A stretch of DNA of 64,000 nucleotides from an uncultured Nitrososphaeraceae archaeon (GCA_963837175.1 CAWIMJ010000012.1:1-64000); one strand, 5' to 3'; counted from the first letter of the stretch, positions 21,628-33,770 are shown. The notes: a model not told the origin generated them from the sequence alone. A program made the numbers and translations.

Positions 21628-22776
21628 TTGCTCAAAAATAGAAGTCATAAATTTAAAAGCATATTCTATGGAAGAGCTAAAGCAATTGCCATTATTAGTA
21701 TTGTATTGATCATATCAATTTCTTACGGTTTATTTTTTTACTTTCAAGGTATTACAGAAAGTAATATCAAAAATAATTTATTTGTACAAGATAGAGATCG
21801 TCAGATTGAGGCAACAAGAAGTCTTTCCCAGCATATTGGCTCAGACCTAGCTCTAGTAGAAGCCAGGCTTGAGAGTTTATCAAATTCAATATATTTGCAG
21901 CAAGGAGATTTAACTAGCAATAAAACAAAAACATTAATGCAAACCAACTTTTTAAAAATTGATAATATAGTAGATCATCTTTTTGTTGTAAATAATAACA
22001 ACATAATAACAATAGACATAACTCCTAAAGGTGCAAAAACTTTTGTAGGTAGCAATGTCTCACAAAGAGAATATGTAATTCAAGCAAAAAAAACCTTGGG
22101 GCCAGTATTTTCCACTATATTTATGGGATTGGATGGTAATTATAGAATTGGTATAAGCTATCCTATAATAAGTGTAGAGACAGGACAGTATATGGGAGTA
22201 GTAGGATCAGTAATACCTACTGAGGGATTCTTTGCACATTATGGAAATATTTATGATATTAATTCTCGATTTCTGGTAGTATTTGATAGAAATGGAATAA
22301 TGTTAGCCAATGGTGCAAGTAAAACATTAGTTGGAAAGAACTTTTTTGGAGATTATACTCAAAAATTTATTAATCATAATCCTAGATTGAACAATCTTAC
22401 ACGTAATCTATTAGCTGGAAATTCTGGTTATGGTGTTTATGATTACGGAAAAGGAGAAAGAATAACTACACAATATCCAATTCTCGTAAATGGTGAGCCT
22501 ATTTATTATATACAGATTGTTCAACCAACTACACAAATATATTCAAAGCTAAATGATATCCTTTTTTCACAAAGAATAGAGACTTTTTCATTGCTTGCAG
22601 GTACTACTGTTGCAATTGTACTTTTAATTGTATTTCTAAGTAGATGGAGTAGTCTTTTAGGGAGAGAAGTTCAAAGAAGAACAAAGGCCCTAGAACTCTC
22701 TAATGAAGAAATTAGACTCCATCTAAATTTTGTACTAAAAGAAGTGGAGCTTTTTAAAAAGAGAGAATCAAAGTAA
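21628..22776 (+). CDS. Cache-domain membrane sensor lacking a kinase output domain
   Basis: Two TM helices flank a dCache-like domain (SQREY, GVVG); ends after a short coiled coil with no H-box. Confidence 0.75.
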   Translation: MLKNRSHKFKSIFYGRAKAIAIISIVLIISISYGLFFYFQGITESNIKNNLFVQDRDRQIEATRSLSQHIGSDLALVEARLESLSNSIYLQQGDLTSNKTKTLMQTNFLKIDNIVDHLFVVNNNNIITIDITPKGAKTFVGSNVSQREYVIQAKKTLGPVFSTIFMGLDGNYRIGISYPIISVETGQYMGVVGSVIPTEGFFAHYGNIYDINSRFLVVFDRNGIMLANGASKTLVGKNFFGDYTQKFINHNPRLNNLTRNLLAGNSGYGVYDYGKGERITTQYPILVNGEPIYYIQIVQPTTQIYSKLNDILFSQRIETFSLLAGTTVAIVLLIVFLSRWSSLLGREVQRRTKALELSNEEIRLHLNFVLKEVELFKKRESK

Positions 22777-23231
22777 ATAAGACAATGTTATGATAACTCT
22801 TAAAAACTTTCACGTACTATATGTTCTAAAAAATTTAGTACAAAACAGACAACAATTTGTAATTTTGAAAAGCTCTATTTGTTATTCTTTCAATACTTCA
22901 CGATAATAACGAATAACTACTACTATCATGAACTTTTGAATGTCTTCATTATCTCAGCATATGGTGTTAGATTTATCTGATACAAACCGTATAGTATCAT
23001 CTCTATTACAGTAGCATTAATTAGCAAATACAGTTTGTTTATGACGCACTCTTTTGCCAATGACAATGTGTGAACTTTTGTCCTTTCATCTGTTTGATTC
23101 TTCCTAATTTGAATTGTGATTGAACCAGTCTTTGTATACCATTGAATGTCACTTCTTTGATATTATTATAACAGTATTAGTTTTAGCTATTTACTTGATA
23201 CCAACTATTAATAATCTGGTATTTTTATCTA

Positions 23232-25283
23232 ATGACAAAGAGAGAGCATCTACATATGAGTAGTAATACTTCGTCACCGTTGCCATATGCCGCCGCTGTT
23301 ACTGCTACTACTACAGATAATATATCATCACTAGAAGGTAAACCTTACCTTAACTATATTAATTCAATCAAAAGTCCCGCAACACAGAAGACGTATATCT
23401 TTTCTCTAAAAAAATACATGCGATTTCACAACTATAAAACCATAGATGAGCTTTTGGCAGATAAAAACACTCCTACAATAATAGAAGAGAAAATCATAAA
23501 TTTTATTATTGCATTAAGAACAGGCTCAGATTTTGTAGTCTCATTTAGAACACGGGCTACATATCTTACAGCCATCCTAACCTTCTACGATATAAATGAC
23601 GTCATCCTGAGGAAGAAGAAGATTGCAAGATTTCTAGGTGAAGAAGCCACAAGAAAGTACAAAGACCGAGCTTACACAACAGAAGAGATAAAGAAGCTCT
23701 TAGACTATGCAGACATTAGATCCAAGGCTATTGTATTGTTGTTGGCATCAACTGGCATGAGGATAGGCGTATTATCCGAGCTTAAGATGAGCACCTTACG
23801 AAAATACCTGAATATAATAGATCTCTTGCGTAATTAGCTAAAATCATCTCTTTGATCCCGATCTTTTGACTACATTATTATAGCGACATTCTATTAAATT
23901 TCATGATTCTGAAGTTGAGTAAACCTGATACAATATCTAATGCATGATTGTACTTTGTTACCCTGTTTCTGAACCTAGTACCCATTATCCCAAACTTCTT
24001 TAGTCTGCATATGATATGTTCTATTATAATCCTCAATTGAGAATGCTTTTTGTTGTAAGTTGTTTTCTCATATGAAAGCATGTTATTCCTCCTCTTTTTA
24101 ATGGGCAGTACAGACTTTACAGTAGGAAAGTCTTTTTCGACGCCCAAATAACTAAGGTCAAAAATATTTTCAACTTGTGGTGGTGGAGTAACAGGATGAT
24201 TGTGTTTGTAAATATCATAATCATGTTTTCTACCTTTCTTATATCCTGTCTTATGTAGTATCAAACCTTTAGTGTTCACCATATACTGGGTTTTTACAGT
24301 ATGTTTCTTTTTCTTGCCTGAATAGTAGCTCTTCCTTTTTCTTTTGTTCATTGGTTTTGGAATCTCCTGTTCTGTAGAATCTATAAAGGCCTTGAAACCA
24401 GGGAAGTACTGTTCTACTTCATCTATATTTCTAAGCCTCCTGGCATGTTTATACAATTTCTTTGTCGGCAATGGAATACATCTTTTTATGAGTGGTTCAA
24501 GTATGGTTATATCTCTACACACATTACTTTGATCAAGATCAAAACAAAAATCCTGAAAGTGTGTAAGTTATATATAACCTATAGTACACTAGCAGCATCA
24601 AGAACCTTTCTCTGACTTTCAGTTTGAATGGTCTACCAGCACCTATATCTCTTACCCTCTTTCTATTAGAAAGATATCTTCTTTTTTCATGCTCCTCATA
24701 TTTTGATTCTATCTCACCGTAAATGGAATCAAATTCTGATATCGTTAATCCAGTAAATGATCTAAATAACAAAGGCTTCTTACATAGCTTAGCGTATGAC
24801 ATCAAAATATCTCATTTGCATCATAGATGATGCAAAATATATCTGTAAGCCACTAATTACGCAATATATCTAATCTATACCAGGTTACTGTTTATGAGAA
24901 CACAAAAGACGAGTATTACACGTTCTGTACTTCCGAATGTGCCAAAGCCATAGACGACTATCTAGGGTATAGAAAGACAAGCGGCGAGAAGATAACAGAT
25001 GACAATGCACCAGTCATAAGAGAGCGTTTTGATCGCATGGACATTGAGAATACAGCAAAGAAGAAACCTGAACCAGTAGCAACAAGAGGAATATCAGAGA
25101 TCCTCTACATTCTTTTAACAAAATCAGGACTAACTCAAGTAACACATTCAATGGAACTACAGCACCTGAAGAAAGGATCAGAGAGGAAAGCTGTCAAAAG
25201 AGCGCATGGGTATAGAAAGTTTTTCAATACCAACCTAATACGCGCTAAGGTCAACATTGCTATAAAGGAATTATTACTAGGAC
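23232..25283 (+). pseudogene. Tyrosine recombinase/integrase, IS-interrupted and C-terminally truncated
   Basis: LLASTGMRIG before the IS; YNLYQVTVYENTKDEYYTFCTSEC rejoined across it; HGYRKFF; ends at KELLLG before the catalytic Tyr region. Confidence 0.88.
23819..24871 (-). mobile_element. IS5-like element (HTH_Tnp_4 + DDE_Tnp_4 type transposase; ORFs 24539..24805 and 23878..24522)
   Basis: 19-bp TIRs AGATCTCTTGCGTAATTAG / CTAATTACGCAATATATCT (17/19 match); AAT target duplication; IDSTEQ, YSGKKKKHTVK and RIIIEH motifs; one extra T near 24541 splits the ORF. Confidence 0.9.
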
Positions 25284-25461
25284 TAATAGCAAAAAATTTG
25301 ATTTCTTTGGGTATAAGTATACAACTATTATTAATTTTTTTATCACTCATTGAGTTTTATGTATAGGGATAAAATTATATCTATTCCTTTAGAAGGGTAT
25401 AATTCATAACTAGTGTCTATAACCTTTATCTGTCTTTGTAACTAACTAATATAGATATAAC

Positions 25462-26143
25462 ATGGCATCAAGAAGAGATAATATTGAAAGAAAAGATAAT
25501 ACAACAACTTTTACAACAAGCTCAGATGTAGATACAACAACATCATCATCACAACAACAATGGCAACAGAGAGAACGAGAAGAACAACAACATCAAGCAA
25601 TCAACAGAGCATTAGATGAGACCAAAGACAACATCAGAAAGACAACAGATGAAGCAAGAAGTCAGATTCCACGTTATACACAATCTGTTAAAACCTATCA
25701 AGAGCAAACTATTCAAGCTGCTAGAGAAATTGCAGACAACTATTTAGATTCACAAAAAGAGATTATTAATTCATTCCAGTCAGCATGGATTCCTCAGCTT
25801 GAAAATGCAAACAAAGTATTTTGGTCAAATTGGATGTCTCCAAGACAGGCGACTGAACTATATGCAAATATGGTTAGTAGTTTTGCTAATAACATGATTG
25901 CTGCCTACCAATTTAGCAAACAATATGATATTTGCAAATATGGAAGCGTTCAAGACATCTATTCAACAAGCAAAAGACAATACAAAGGAATTATCAAGGA
26001 TAGGTGTTAACACTGCAAAGACATTTGAACAAACATCAAGAGATAGTATTACAAGACAAGGCGGCGGCAATTATACTCCAACAGCAAGAGTTTCTGTTGA
26101 AACAGAAGAACAAGATCAAGATCGGGCAAGACGACGATTTTAG
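25462..26143 (+). CDS. Amphipathic helical Nitrososphaeraceae-type protein (phasin/LEA-like), frameshift near 25905
   Basis: Overlapping ORFs 25462..26010 and 25898..26143 join by removing one C (MIAATNLANNMIFANMEAFK). Confidence 0.7.
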
Positions 26144-26494
26144 TAATTAGTCAAAGAGAGAGAATCATTCATACTTTCTTTATTTTCTTCTTACAATCAG
26201 AGTATCTGATCTCAGCAATCAATTTACTATCACCATGCTAGATACATTGAGAGAGAGCTTGATATCTGTAATAGAGCAACCGATGCAGTAAGTAAATACA
26301 ATACTAATATGGCAAAGGTGTGTAAGAATTTGTTTTTCTTCAGAACAGCAATAGCACAAGCTGTAATTATTAAACTATTACTACTATGATGCTATTTTAT
26401 TACCTGTAATTTCTATAATTCTATTATCTTTACCAAAATCAATTTCTAATATTCTTGCTTTGTCGCTATTTCCAATCTCTTTATAGTCTACACC

Positions 26495-26955
26495 GGCTCT
26501 GTTAACTTAACAATAAATCTATAGTTTTAGATACTCTTTATTTCTTGTATTGATGATACTTACCAAAAGAAATAGAACGTTTACAAATGACATTGGGTAT
26601 GGTTTATACCTGTACTTTATTGGTCTTTCATATCGTAATACAGCAAAAGCATTATCCAGATTTAAAAAAAGAAGTCATGTCTCCATTTGGAAATGGATGA
26701 TGCATAAGTACAAACCAGAAAAAATATTTTACAACAGAATGAAAATATCTAAATTTATAGTTGGTGGTGATGAAACTCAAATTAAAGTAGGAAAAGATTA
26801 CTTTTGGTTGTGGGTTGTTGACATCATTAAGCCAAAAGATAAGGATATTCTTCTTCATATTCATATTTCAGCAGCAGAAAGAAACATGTTTATTGCAGAA
26901 CATTTTCTACGTTCTTTAGTAAAAAAAGTACGGAAGATACCCAGTTTCTCACTAC
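26495..26955 (+). mobile_element. Truncated IS6-family remnant
   Basis: Left TIR GGCTCTGTTAACTTAA; LYFIGLSYRNTAKALSRF..RSHVSIWKW..DETQIKVG, homologous to the 7495 element; no right TIR seen. Confidence 0.85.
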
Positions 26956-26999
26956 CAAAGCAAAATAATATTAATTATATTTAGCATACTTAAGGTTTT

Positions 27000-27100
27000 A
27001 CGTAAAGGACTGAAAGAGCTCTGATAGACAAGCTATGGACAGAGATAGAGACACTGCATTAGGTCTTGCCAAAGTCTTAATGTCAGGGAACGACTACTGA
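27000..27100 (+). pseudogene. Relic paralogue of the 47284..47532 protein
   Basis: KLWTEIETLH*VL versus KIWTEIETLQWVL. Confidence 0.55.
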
Positions 27101-27304
27101 GTGACCAGAATGGTGATGTGGGCGATACTATTACAAGGAGAGTAAGGGAAGAAGAAGATAGGCTGGTAGACTGAATCTATTGCATAGTCGGAAGAATAAC
27201 AATATAATAGTATACACGCCCTGCAGTTATCTATACGGTCATATATAATAATTGTAAATATCCATTATTTAGATGAAATACCGATAGTTGGGTAATAAGT
27301 TAAA

Positions 27305-27784
27305 ATGAAAATAAAAAGATTTTATGATAAATACAGATATTATATTCTCCTTAACAAGAATATCATCATTTCTGGAATATTCGCCTTCTTTGCAGGCGCC
27401 CTGTTCACCCAGTGGTATACACATTATGACAAAAATAATCTAACTAATTCTATAGTTACCTTGTCAATAGAATACGCAATTTACATTCCACTTTTTGCAT
27501 TATTGTTTTATATAGACAACAGACAAAGATACACAGATCCTTTAACAGGAAAGAAATATAAAAACATGATAAAGAGTGATATCAAAAAGCTAATCGCAGC
27601 ATTTTCCATCTCTGAGCTGATATTCTCTTCTGCAAAAATAGCGATTCATTATGAATTGCTCCAGATGTATAGAGTAGAACCATATCAGGCATCAATGGTC
27701 GGCTCACTAGCTGCATGGGTAATATTTTTAGTATCAATAAACTTAAGTGTAAAAGCTGTAAAACTGTTTCGAAGTCAAAAATAA
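27305..27784 (+). CDS. Conserved membrane protein (about 4 TM, GtrA-like topology)
   Basis: Clean 159-aa ORF with four hydrophobic segments. Confidence 0.7.
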   Translation: MKIKRFYDKYRYYILLNKNIIISGIFAFFAGALFTQWYTHYDKNNLTNSIVTLSIEYAIYIPLFALLFYIDNRQRYTDPLTGKKYKNMIKSDIKKLIAAFSISELIFSSAKIAIHYELLQMYRVEPYQASMVGSLAAWVIFLVSINLSVKAVKLFRSQK

Positions 27785-28058
27785 GCATTGTGTATCTCAT
27801 GTATTAAGAACTTTAGTCTTGAATATTTAGAACTCTCATCATATCTGTTCTTACTAACAAGTTTTGATATTTCAACTGCACCACGTAATGTTCTCATATT
27901 CTCTTCACGCATTGCTACAGAACCATTAGACTTGTCATCATTAATATTGTCTCCTGCCATATTACCATAATTATTCTCTGTATCATCTGCATACCATCCT
28001 CTACTCCAACCAACAAATGGAAATTTTCCAGAGTACACAGAAAATAGGGTTTATTCAA

Positions 28059-28109
28059 GCTGAGTGACAATAGTGAGTAAAATTTGTCTTTTATGATCTA
28101 CAAACACAG
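28059..28109 (-). repeat. Dispersed semi-palindromic element, copy 4 (reverse orientation)
   Basis: Minus strand GTGTTTGTAGATCATAA-AAGACAAATTTTACTC-ACTATTGTCACTCAG; core at 28075-28090. Confidence 0.65.
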
Positions 28110-28149
28110 TGCTAATCTTATCCTCTATTTAAATTCCATTTGAGATCTT

Positions 28150-28569
28150 CTATTCACCAATTACCTTCACTAACACTCTTTTATTTCTGCGACCATCAAA
28201 TTCTCCATAAAATATCTGCTCCCATGGACCAAAGTCTAATTTTCCATGTGTGATAGCAACTATAACATCACGCCCCATTATTTGGCGCTTTAAGTGTGCA
28301 TCAGCATTATCTTCTCCTGTTTCATTGTGTTTATATTGAGCAGCAGGAGCATGAGGTGCCAACTCTTCTAGCCATTCATCAAAATCTTCATGCAGTCCAC
28401 TTTCATTATCATTTATAAAAACACTAGCTGTAATATGCATCGCATTTACTAAACAAAGTCCTTCCTTTATTCCACTTTCTTCCACTATCTTTCTTACATT
28501 TAAAGTAATATTAACAAATGCACGTTTTGTAGGAGTGTTAAATGTAAGATATTCTGTTTTATATTTCAT
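28150..28569 (-). CDS. yjbQ: YjbQ/UPF0047 family protein
   Basis: [27 protein letters not shown] and [16 protein letters not shown] motifs. Confidence 0.93.
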   Translation of the reverse strand: MKYKTEYLTFNTPTKRAFVNITLNVRKIVEESGIKEGLCLVNAMHITASVFINDNESGLHEDFDEWLEELAPHAPAAQYKHNETGEDNADAHLKRQIMGRDVIVAITHGKLDFGPWEQIFYGEFDGRRNKRVLVKVIGE

Positions 28570-28875
28570 TATGTTTGAAAAAAATCAATGATATATATTC
28601 ATATATGTCTGTTATAATCTTAGCTCAAAGTATATTAGCATTTGTTATTATATAGTTAGTCCACTGATGCTCCCATTCAACTGCTAAATACAAGACGTGA
28701 TAATAGACAAAGACTTAATATAACCACTGTAAGTATCAAACTTCTTCTTTACAAGATATAATGAAATGATTAACAAAGGAAGATTATTTCTTTATACGCA
28801 AAGTAAAATTGTACTTTTTAGCAAATTGTAACTTTATGGAAATAATATTATATAACATAATTTAGCAAACGCAAT

Positions 28876-30063
28876 ATGAATAATAGCATTAAAGTTGCTT
28901 TCTGGAATTTGGGTAATTTATTTGGTACTTATCCTTCATTGATCGGATCAGACCTGGAATTTACTCCTGAAAGAGGTTGGGATGATGAAGCTAAAGATAA
29001 AAAAATTGAGAATATAGCCAAAGTCGTTAATTCATTACATGACAATCAAGGTCCTGATTTGTTAGGATTATGTGAAATTGAAAATGAAGAGTTAGCCAGA
29101 GAACTTATAGAAAAAATAGGTAAACAAGATATTTATGAGATTGCTCAATATACAGATAGTCCTGACATTAGAGGAATAGATACTTGTTTGATTTATTCCA
29201 AAAAGGTTTTCAAATTTATCGATGCGAAAAGTCACAATATTAATTTTAGATATCCTACACGCGATATCTTTCAAGTAAATCTATCAGTGATAAATAATAA
29301 TAACGATAATAATATCACTTCTGAATTAAATGTGTTAGTAAATCATTGGCCCTCAAGGATTGGAGGTCGCTTTGAAACAGAACCTCTTAGAATAGCTGTT
29401 GCTGAAAATTGCGCAAGAGCAGTGGAAAGCGTATTAAAAGTTTCTTTAGACGATCTTAAAGAAATGCCGACTAACCTTAAAGAAAATGAAGAGTCATTAG
29501 CTAAACTGAATCAAAAATGGAATAAGAATGTTTTAATAATGGGTGACATGAATGATAATCCTTTTGATAGAAGTATCTTAAACTATTTACGTGCTACTCC
29601 AGATAAAAATCGATTGATTGAATGGAAAGAAATATTTGAACATCCTAATTTGAAAAAATGGCAGACTGATAAGCATAACTATCTCTATCAGCCAGCATTT
29701 CTGTATAATTGTATGTGGAAACTTATTCCTGATGGTACTCTTTTCTTTGAAGGGGGATTCGATCTATTTGACCAATTTATAATATCAAGAGGATTGCTCA
29801 ATGGAGAACAAGGATTAAAAATGGATTTGAATGAGATAAAAATTGACAAGTCAACTAAAATGTCTAATCACATTCTTGCAGGAAATTTTGAACCTACAGG
29901 CCAAGAAAATAAAATACATCCAATATTCAAAGAAAGCCCAATGCCATTTGAATATATCAAGAAGAAGGCTAATGGAGAGCCAGAAAATTTACCAGTAGGT
30001 AGAGATCCTTTGACAGGATTTAGTGATCATTTCCCTATTCAATCAGTAATCAATATACTATGA
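28876..30063 (+). CDS. Endonuclease/exonuclease/phosphatase (EEP) family protein
   Basis: FWNLGNLF, GLCEIE, NHWPSR, GDMND, FDQ and SDHFP motifs. Confidence 0.9.
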   Translation: MNNSIKVAFWNLGNLFGTYPSLIGSDLEFTPERGWDDEAKDKKIENIAKVVNSLHDNQGPDLLGLCEIENEELARELIEKIGKQDIYEIAQYTDSPDIRGIDTCLIYSKKVFKFIDAKSHNINFRYPTRDIFQVNLSVINNNNDNNITSELNVLVNHWPSRIGGRFETEPLRIAVAENCARAVESVLKVSLDDLKEMPTNLKENEESLAKLNQKWNKNVLIMGDMNDNPFDRSILNYLRATPDKNRLIEWKEIFEHPNLKKWQTDKHNYLYQPAFLYNCMWKLIPDGTLFFEGGFDLFDQFIISRGLLNGEQGLKMDLNEIKIDKSTKMSNHILAGNFEPTGQENKIHPIFKESPMPFEYIKKKANGEPENLPVGRDPLTGFSDHFPIQSVINIL

Positions 30064-30251
30064 TAACTAATTTTTGAAACCAAAATTATGCTCAAATCAC
30101 TAGTGATATCAAATCCATCAAGTATCCATAGCATCTATACTACAAATTCAATCTAGAATTCATATCCGGACAGGCTGCGTTTGAGGTAATTTCATCCTCT
30201 TAATTTTTTTCTAGTATTAATATTTACTAATGGTAGCGTTTATCCACTATC

Positions 30252-30551
30252 ATGCAAAAAATTTCCACAATCTTTTTTGTTGCAATGATTGCAGTAGTAG
30301 TACCAATGACAACAACATACGCATAACAACCAAATACCACAATCGCAAGTTGTCTTGATATCGCAGTCACTCTGATCTATCTAGATAGCTTAAATGCTAC
30401 ATTAAATGTGACTGAGATAGCACCAAATTCAACAACACTACTTGAGAATGTTAATAATCTATTTACCAACCTAATATATGACTGTCCTAATCTTAATCAA
30501 GGTCTGACTGACTATCTTGACTTTGGTGATTTTACACAAGATCAGCCCTAA
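30252..30551 (+). pseudogene. Small secreted protein with one in-frame TAA just after the signal peptide
   Basis: 100-codon frame MQKISTIFFVAMIAVVVPMTTTYA*QPNTTIASCLD...DCPNL... Confidence 0.6.
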
Positions 30552-30984
30552 CTAATTTCTTCTTCTTTCTATAAACAATATCTATCCAAATTGCCAAAGC
30601 ACAAAGAAAAGCTATCTGCTGATGAAAACCGCAATTTCATCTTTTGATTTCAAAATAAATAATGTATATACAGCAGCAAAAGTATAAAAAGAAGATTTAG
30701 TTTATGCTAAAGTCTACTTCCCTGGCTGCTTTGAATGCGAATTTGTCAAATTCTTACAATTGGAGTATCCACCTAGATCTTCAACACAGAAAACAACAAA
30801 GGATTCTCCTAGCGCAATTTGTTCTGAAAATTCAACATAACTCTGCCAATTCTATTGGATCTGCTCTTGTTATTTTTCTTGTTTTTTATTTGGTGTCTAT
30901 TTGTTATCTGATGAACAAGAAGCTTTAATCTTTGACCCCTTCTTCTTCCTGATCTTCTTTGCCTTCTTCTCTTATTATGACAAT

Positions 30985-31600
30985 AAGCTTGTTTGCTATT
31001 TCCGCTTACTCTTTTTCCACGAGCTATAGCAACTTTGCTATCTATTTCTTCTATTGGCCTATCAGCCATAGGTACAACTATATTCTGCTAGGACCATAAG
31101 AACTATCATTTTAAGTAAATTCTGGAACACACTAATGAACACCTACTATTATTACATTATTACTACTATTATTTATCAATCCATGGTAAAACACTGAAAA
31201 CTTCATAAAGATACTTCTGTAGTCTCCTCTTATACTACTCCTCCTCCATGAACAGAAGAAGCTGCTTCACTTGTAAAAACTACACCAACCTTTCCTATAA
31301 GAGAATCATTTAACCATACATAGAGGCTGCTTGTTCTATACCATAATGCCTTCATCTGTGCAGCAGAGCCATATTTCTAAATCTTGTTGGTAAACCAAAT
31401 ATTATTTTGGCATCACAATTTGGTAGATCCTTCTTCTACTAAAGTTTCAATTGAAGTTAGAATATCTTTATACCTTTTTAATATTATATATCCTTTATGG
31501 ACATTTTGGCCAAAAAGGATATATCTCTATTACTTATTGGAACATCATCCACCCAGCAATTCTTTCTTAATGTACTACTATCAGTTCATGTAATTTCTTT
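30985..31600 (-). pseudogene. wrbA: WrbA-type NAD(P)H:quinone oxidoreductase relic
   Basis: Fragments DLPNCDA.IIFGLPTRF.NM, AAQMKALW.RTSSL, LIGKVGVVFTS, SVHGG and ADRPIEEIDSKVAIARGKRV across broken frames. Confidence 0.75.
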
Positions 31601-32429
31601 GCTTCTTTTTTGTAATTTCTTCAGCAATTTGCTATTTCCATATCTAGTATTGAAGATAGTCGAAGATTTTTGAGATGTGATGTCTCCTTAAATTAAAGAT
31701 ATATCTAATAAAAAAGATTACAGTAAAAAATATTGTTCGTTTCTATATATATTACCACTGTTACCAATATCATTATAAAAATAATAAAAAATAAAAATAA
31801 TAATAGTATAATATAATAATAATGCTTAAAGCGGACATCTAATAGGGATCCTCAAAGGAGATATGCGTTTACTTAGCATTTTCGAATCAGAATCCCGAGA
31901 CTGCGATCTTCAACTAATTGCCTATATGTTTTGTCTCAGGATCTTCTATTTCTTGGCTATAGAAGATATCTTCATATTGTCGTAAAATATTGTGTCCAAA
32001 TGGTGTACTTTGAAATCAACAATTTTCTTTGCTTTTCAGTTCTTCTCATTGGTAACGTTTGCGTCCATCGGAGAAGTGTAAAGCTTACTCTATATTAATA
32101 ACTTCGCTAAAATAAAGCGCGTGTAAAAATCCGTGTAATAATTTAAAATTCGTGTAAAGCGTTGTATTACTGGGCTACACTAAATAATACTTGAATATAT
32201 AGCTTATTGTATCACCGCAGTTTTCTTGTACAAATCTACTAATCTCTGGACTACATATGACATAGAATCTCTATATTTAGCCCATTTCTACTAACTCCCT
32301 TGTGTATGCGGATCTATTCTATAAACTTGATGGGCTTATCTGGCATGTAGTACTTTGTAATACACCATAATGCATAGTTTACGTTATAGTATACGGTAAA
32401 GTTTATGTCGTTATATATGGTAAACTTTA

Positions 32430-32760
32430 GATTGTAGAGTTATTTAAATTGGCAAAGAAAGAGGGATGGATATGAGCAGGTCGTTAATGCTGTAGATATT
32501 GCTGCTAATAAACATCCACATATGGAAGGTCTCTATAGACAAGTCAAAGATGAATAAAATAGTCCTCATCATATAAGACAACATTTGATAAATGATTTGG
32601 TAAATGATATAGAAGATTTAAAATATAAAAATATCAGTATTAGATAAAACCGCATTCTCTAGTGAACAAGAGTGTAAGAGAAAAGAACAACAATTGCAAG
32701 AACTTACTATTCAAAAGGATAGAATAGAAAAGTAAATTGCGAATATTTTGAATAATGATG
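32430..32760 (+). pseudogene. Coiled-coil protein relic of the integrated-element type
   Basis: ELFKLAKKEGM..QVVNAVDIAANK..LYRQVKDE*..ISVLDKTAFSSEQECKRKEQQLQEL with stops. Confidence 0.55.
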
Positions 32761-32871
32761 ATGTTTTTTTGTTATACATAAAAGAAGATAATGGGATCTT
32801 CTTCAGTCAACACAGTCGACAGACATTCCGATTAGGATATAATTCTTGGCTAGAAAGTCACAAGATTAAAT

Positions 32872-32918
32872 GATTCAGTAGAAATGCGATAAACAGATTT
32901 GACTCAAATTTGCAATAC
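32872..32918 (+). repeat. Dispersed semi-palindromic element, copy 5
   Basis: GATTCAGTAGAAATGCGAT-AAACAGATTTGACTC-AAATTTGCAATAC. Confidence 0.7.
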
Positions 32919-33035
32919 ATTCGTAAGAGGCTTCATATTTTTCAGTTATGTCGATATTTTAGCCCTTTTATTGAACCAATGGTTAACTATAGACCATAAA
33001 ACTTTTAGAATTAGATTATCCATATAATAATTGTA

Positions 33036-33182
33036 TTGTTTGGCAAGATAAAATGTAAACTATGTAATAATAATGTCAGATTTGCATTAAGACACTTGAA
33101 AGAAAAACATCCAGAAACATTGAAAGACACCGACGTAATAAAATTAAATATGTCAAGGATAATGGAAAAATATTTTGCATGA
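33036..33182 (+). CDS. 48-aa C2H2-type zinc-finger microprotein (below the ORF-track cutoff)
   Basis: TTG start; LFGKIKCKLCNNNVRFALRHLKEKHPETLKDTDVIKLNMSRIMEKYFA. Confidence 0.7.
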   Translation: MFGKIKCKLCNNNVRFALRHLKEKHPETLKDTDVIKLNMSRIMEKYFA

Positions 33183-33770
33183 CATTATTATGAATGCAGG
33201 TTTGACAGAATCCGTTATGCTAGCACTTCAAAAATGATTTCGTATACTAATCGAATGTATGCAAATATTAAGTTTCATTACCATCCATTAGTTAAGCCAT
33301 AAAAAATATTAATTTTATAATATTATCACAGTTTGCTGTAGTATTCTTTGCCTTTTATAATATTCAAATAAATAATTCTATATTTAATCCAGAAAAAGGT
33401 ACTACTGATATTTCTGAAAATACAATACTGTAGAATCAGATTACAAATGTTGGTTTAATATATCTCACAGGGGATATAATCAATTTAGTGGAGAAGGATA
33501 TTCAACATCTACATATTCTTATCATAGACCGCAATACCACTCTCATCCAAATGCCGATAATATTGTTAACTTAAATTCCATGAAGGATTATATATTCAAA
33601 TTCAAAGTAATTATCAATCACAAACAAAGGTTTTTCGTTTACCTGGGATAGATAGATAAAAACAAAAAAATTTAAAACATAAGAATTCACATTACGAGTC
33701 AGTCAACAACATATCATAAACTATTGAAATCATATTTTTGTAAAATACATCTATCTTTTGAGATAGTATT

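Noticed and set aside
24522-24545. Programmed ribosomal frameshift in the IS5-like transposase
   Set aside because: One extra T in a T-run explains the split, like many other indels here; no clear slippery heptamer with a stimulator
30809-31069. Arg-rich 86-aa ORF
   Set aside because: Its start is the C-terminus of the wrbA relic; the rest is out-of-frame read-through
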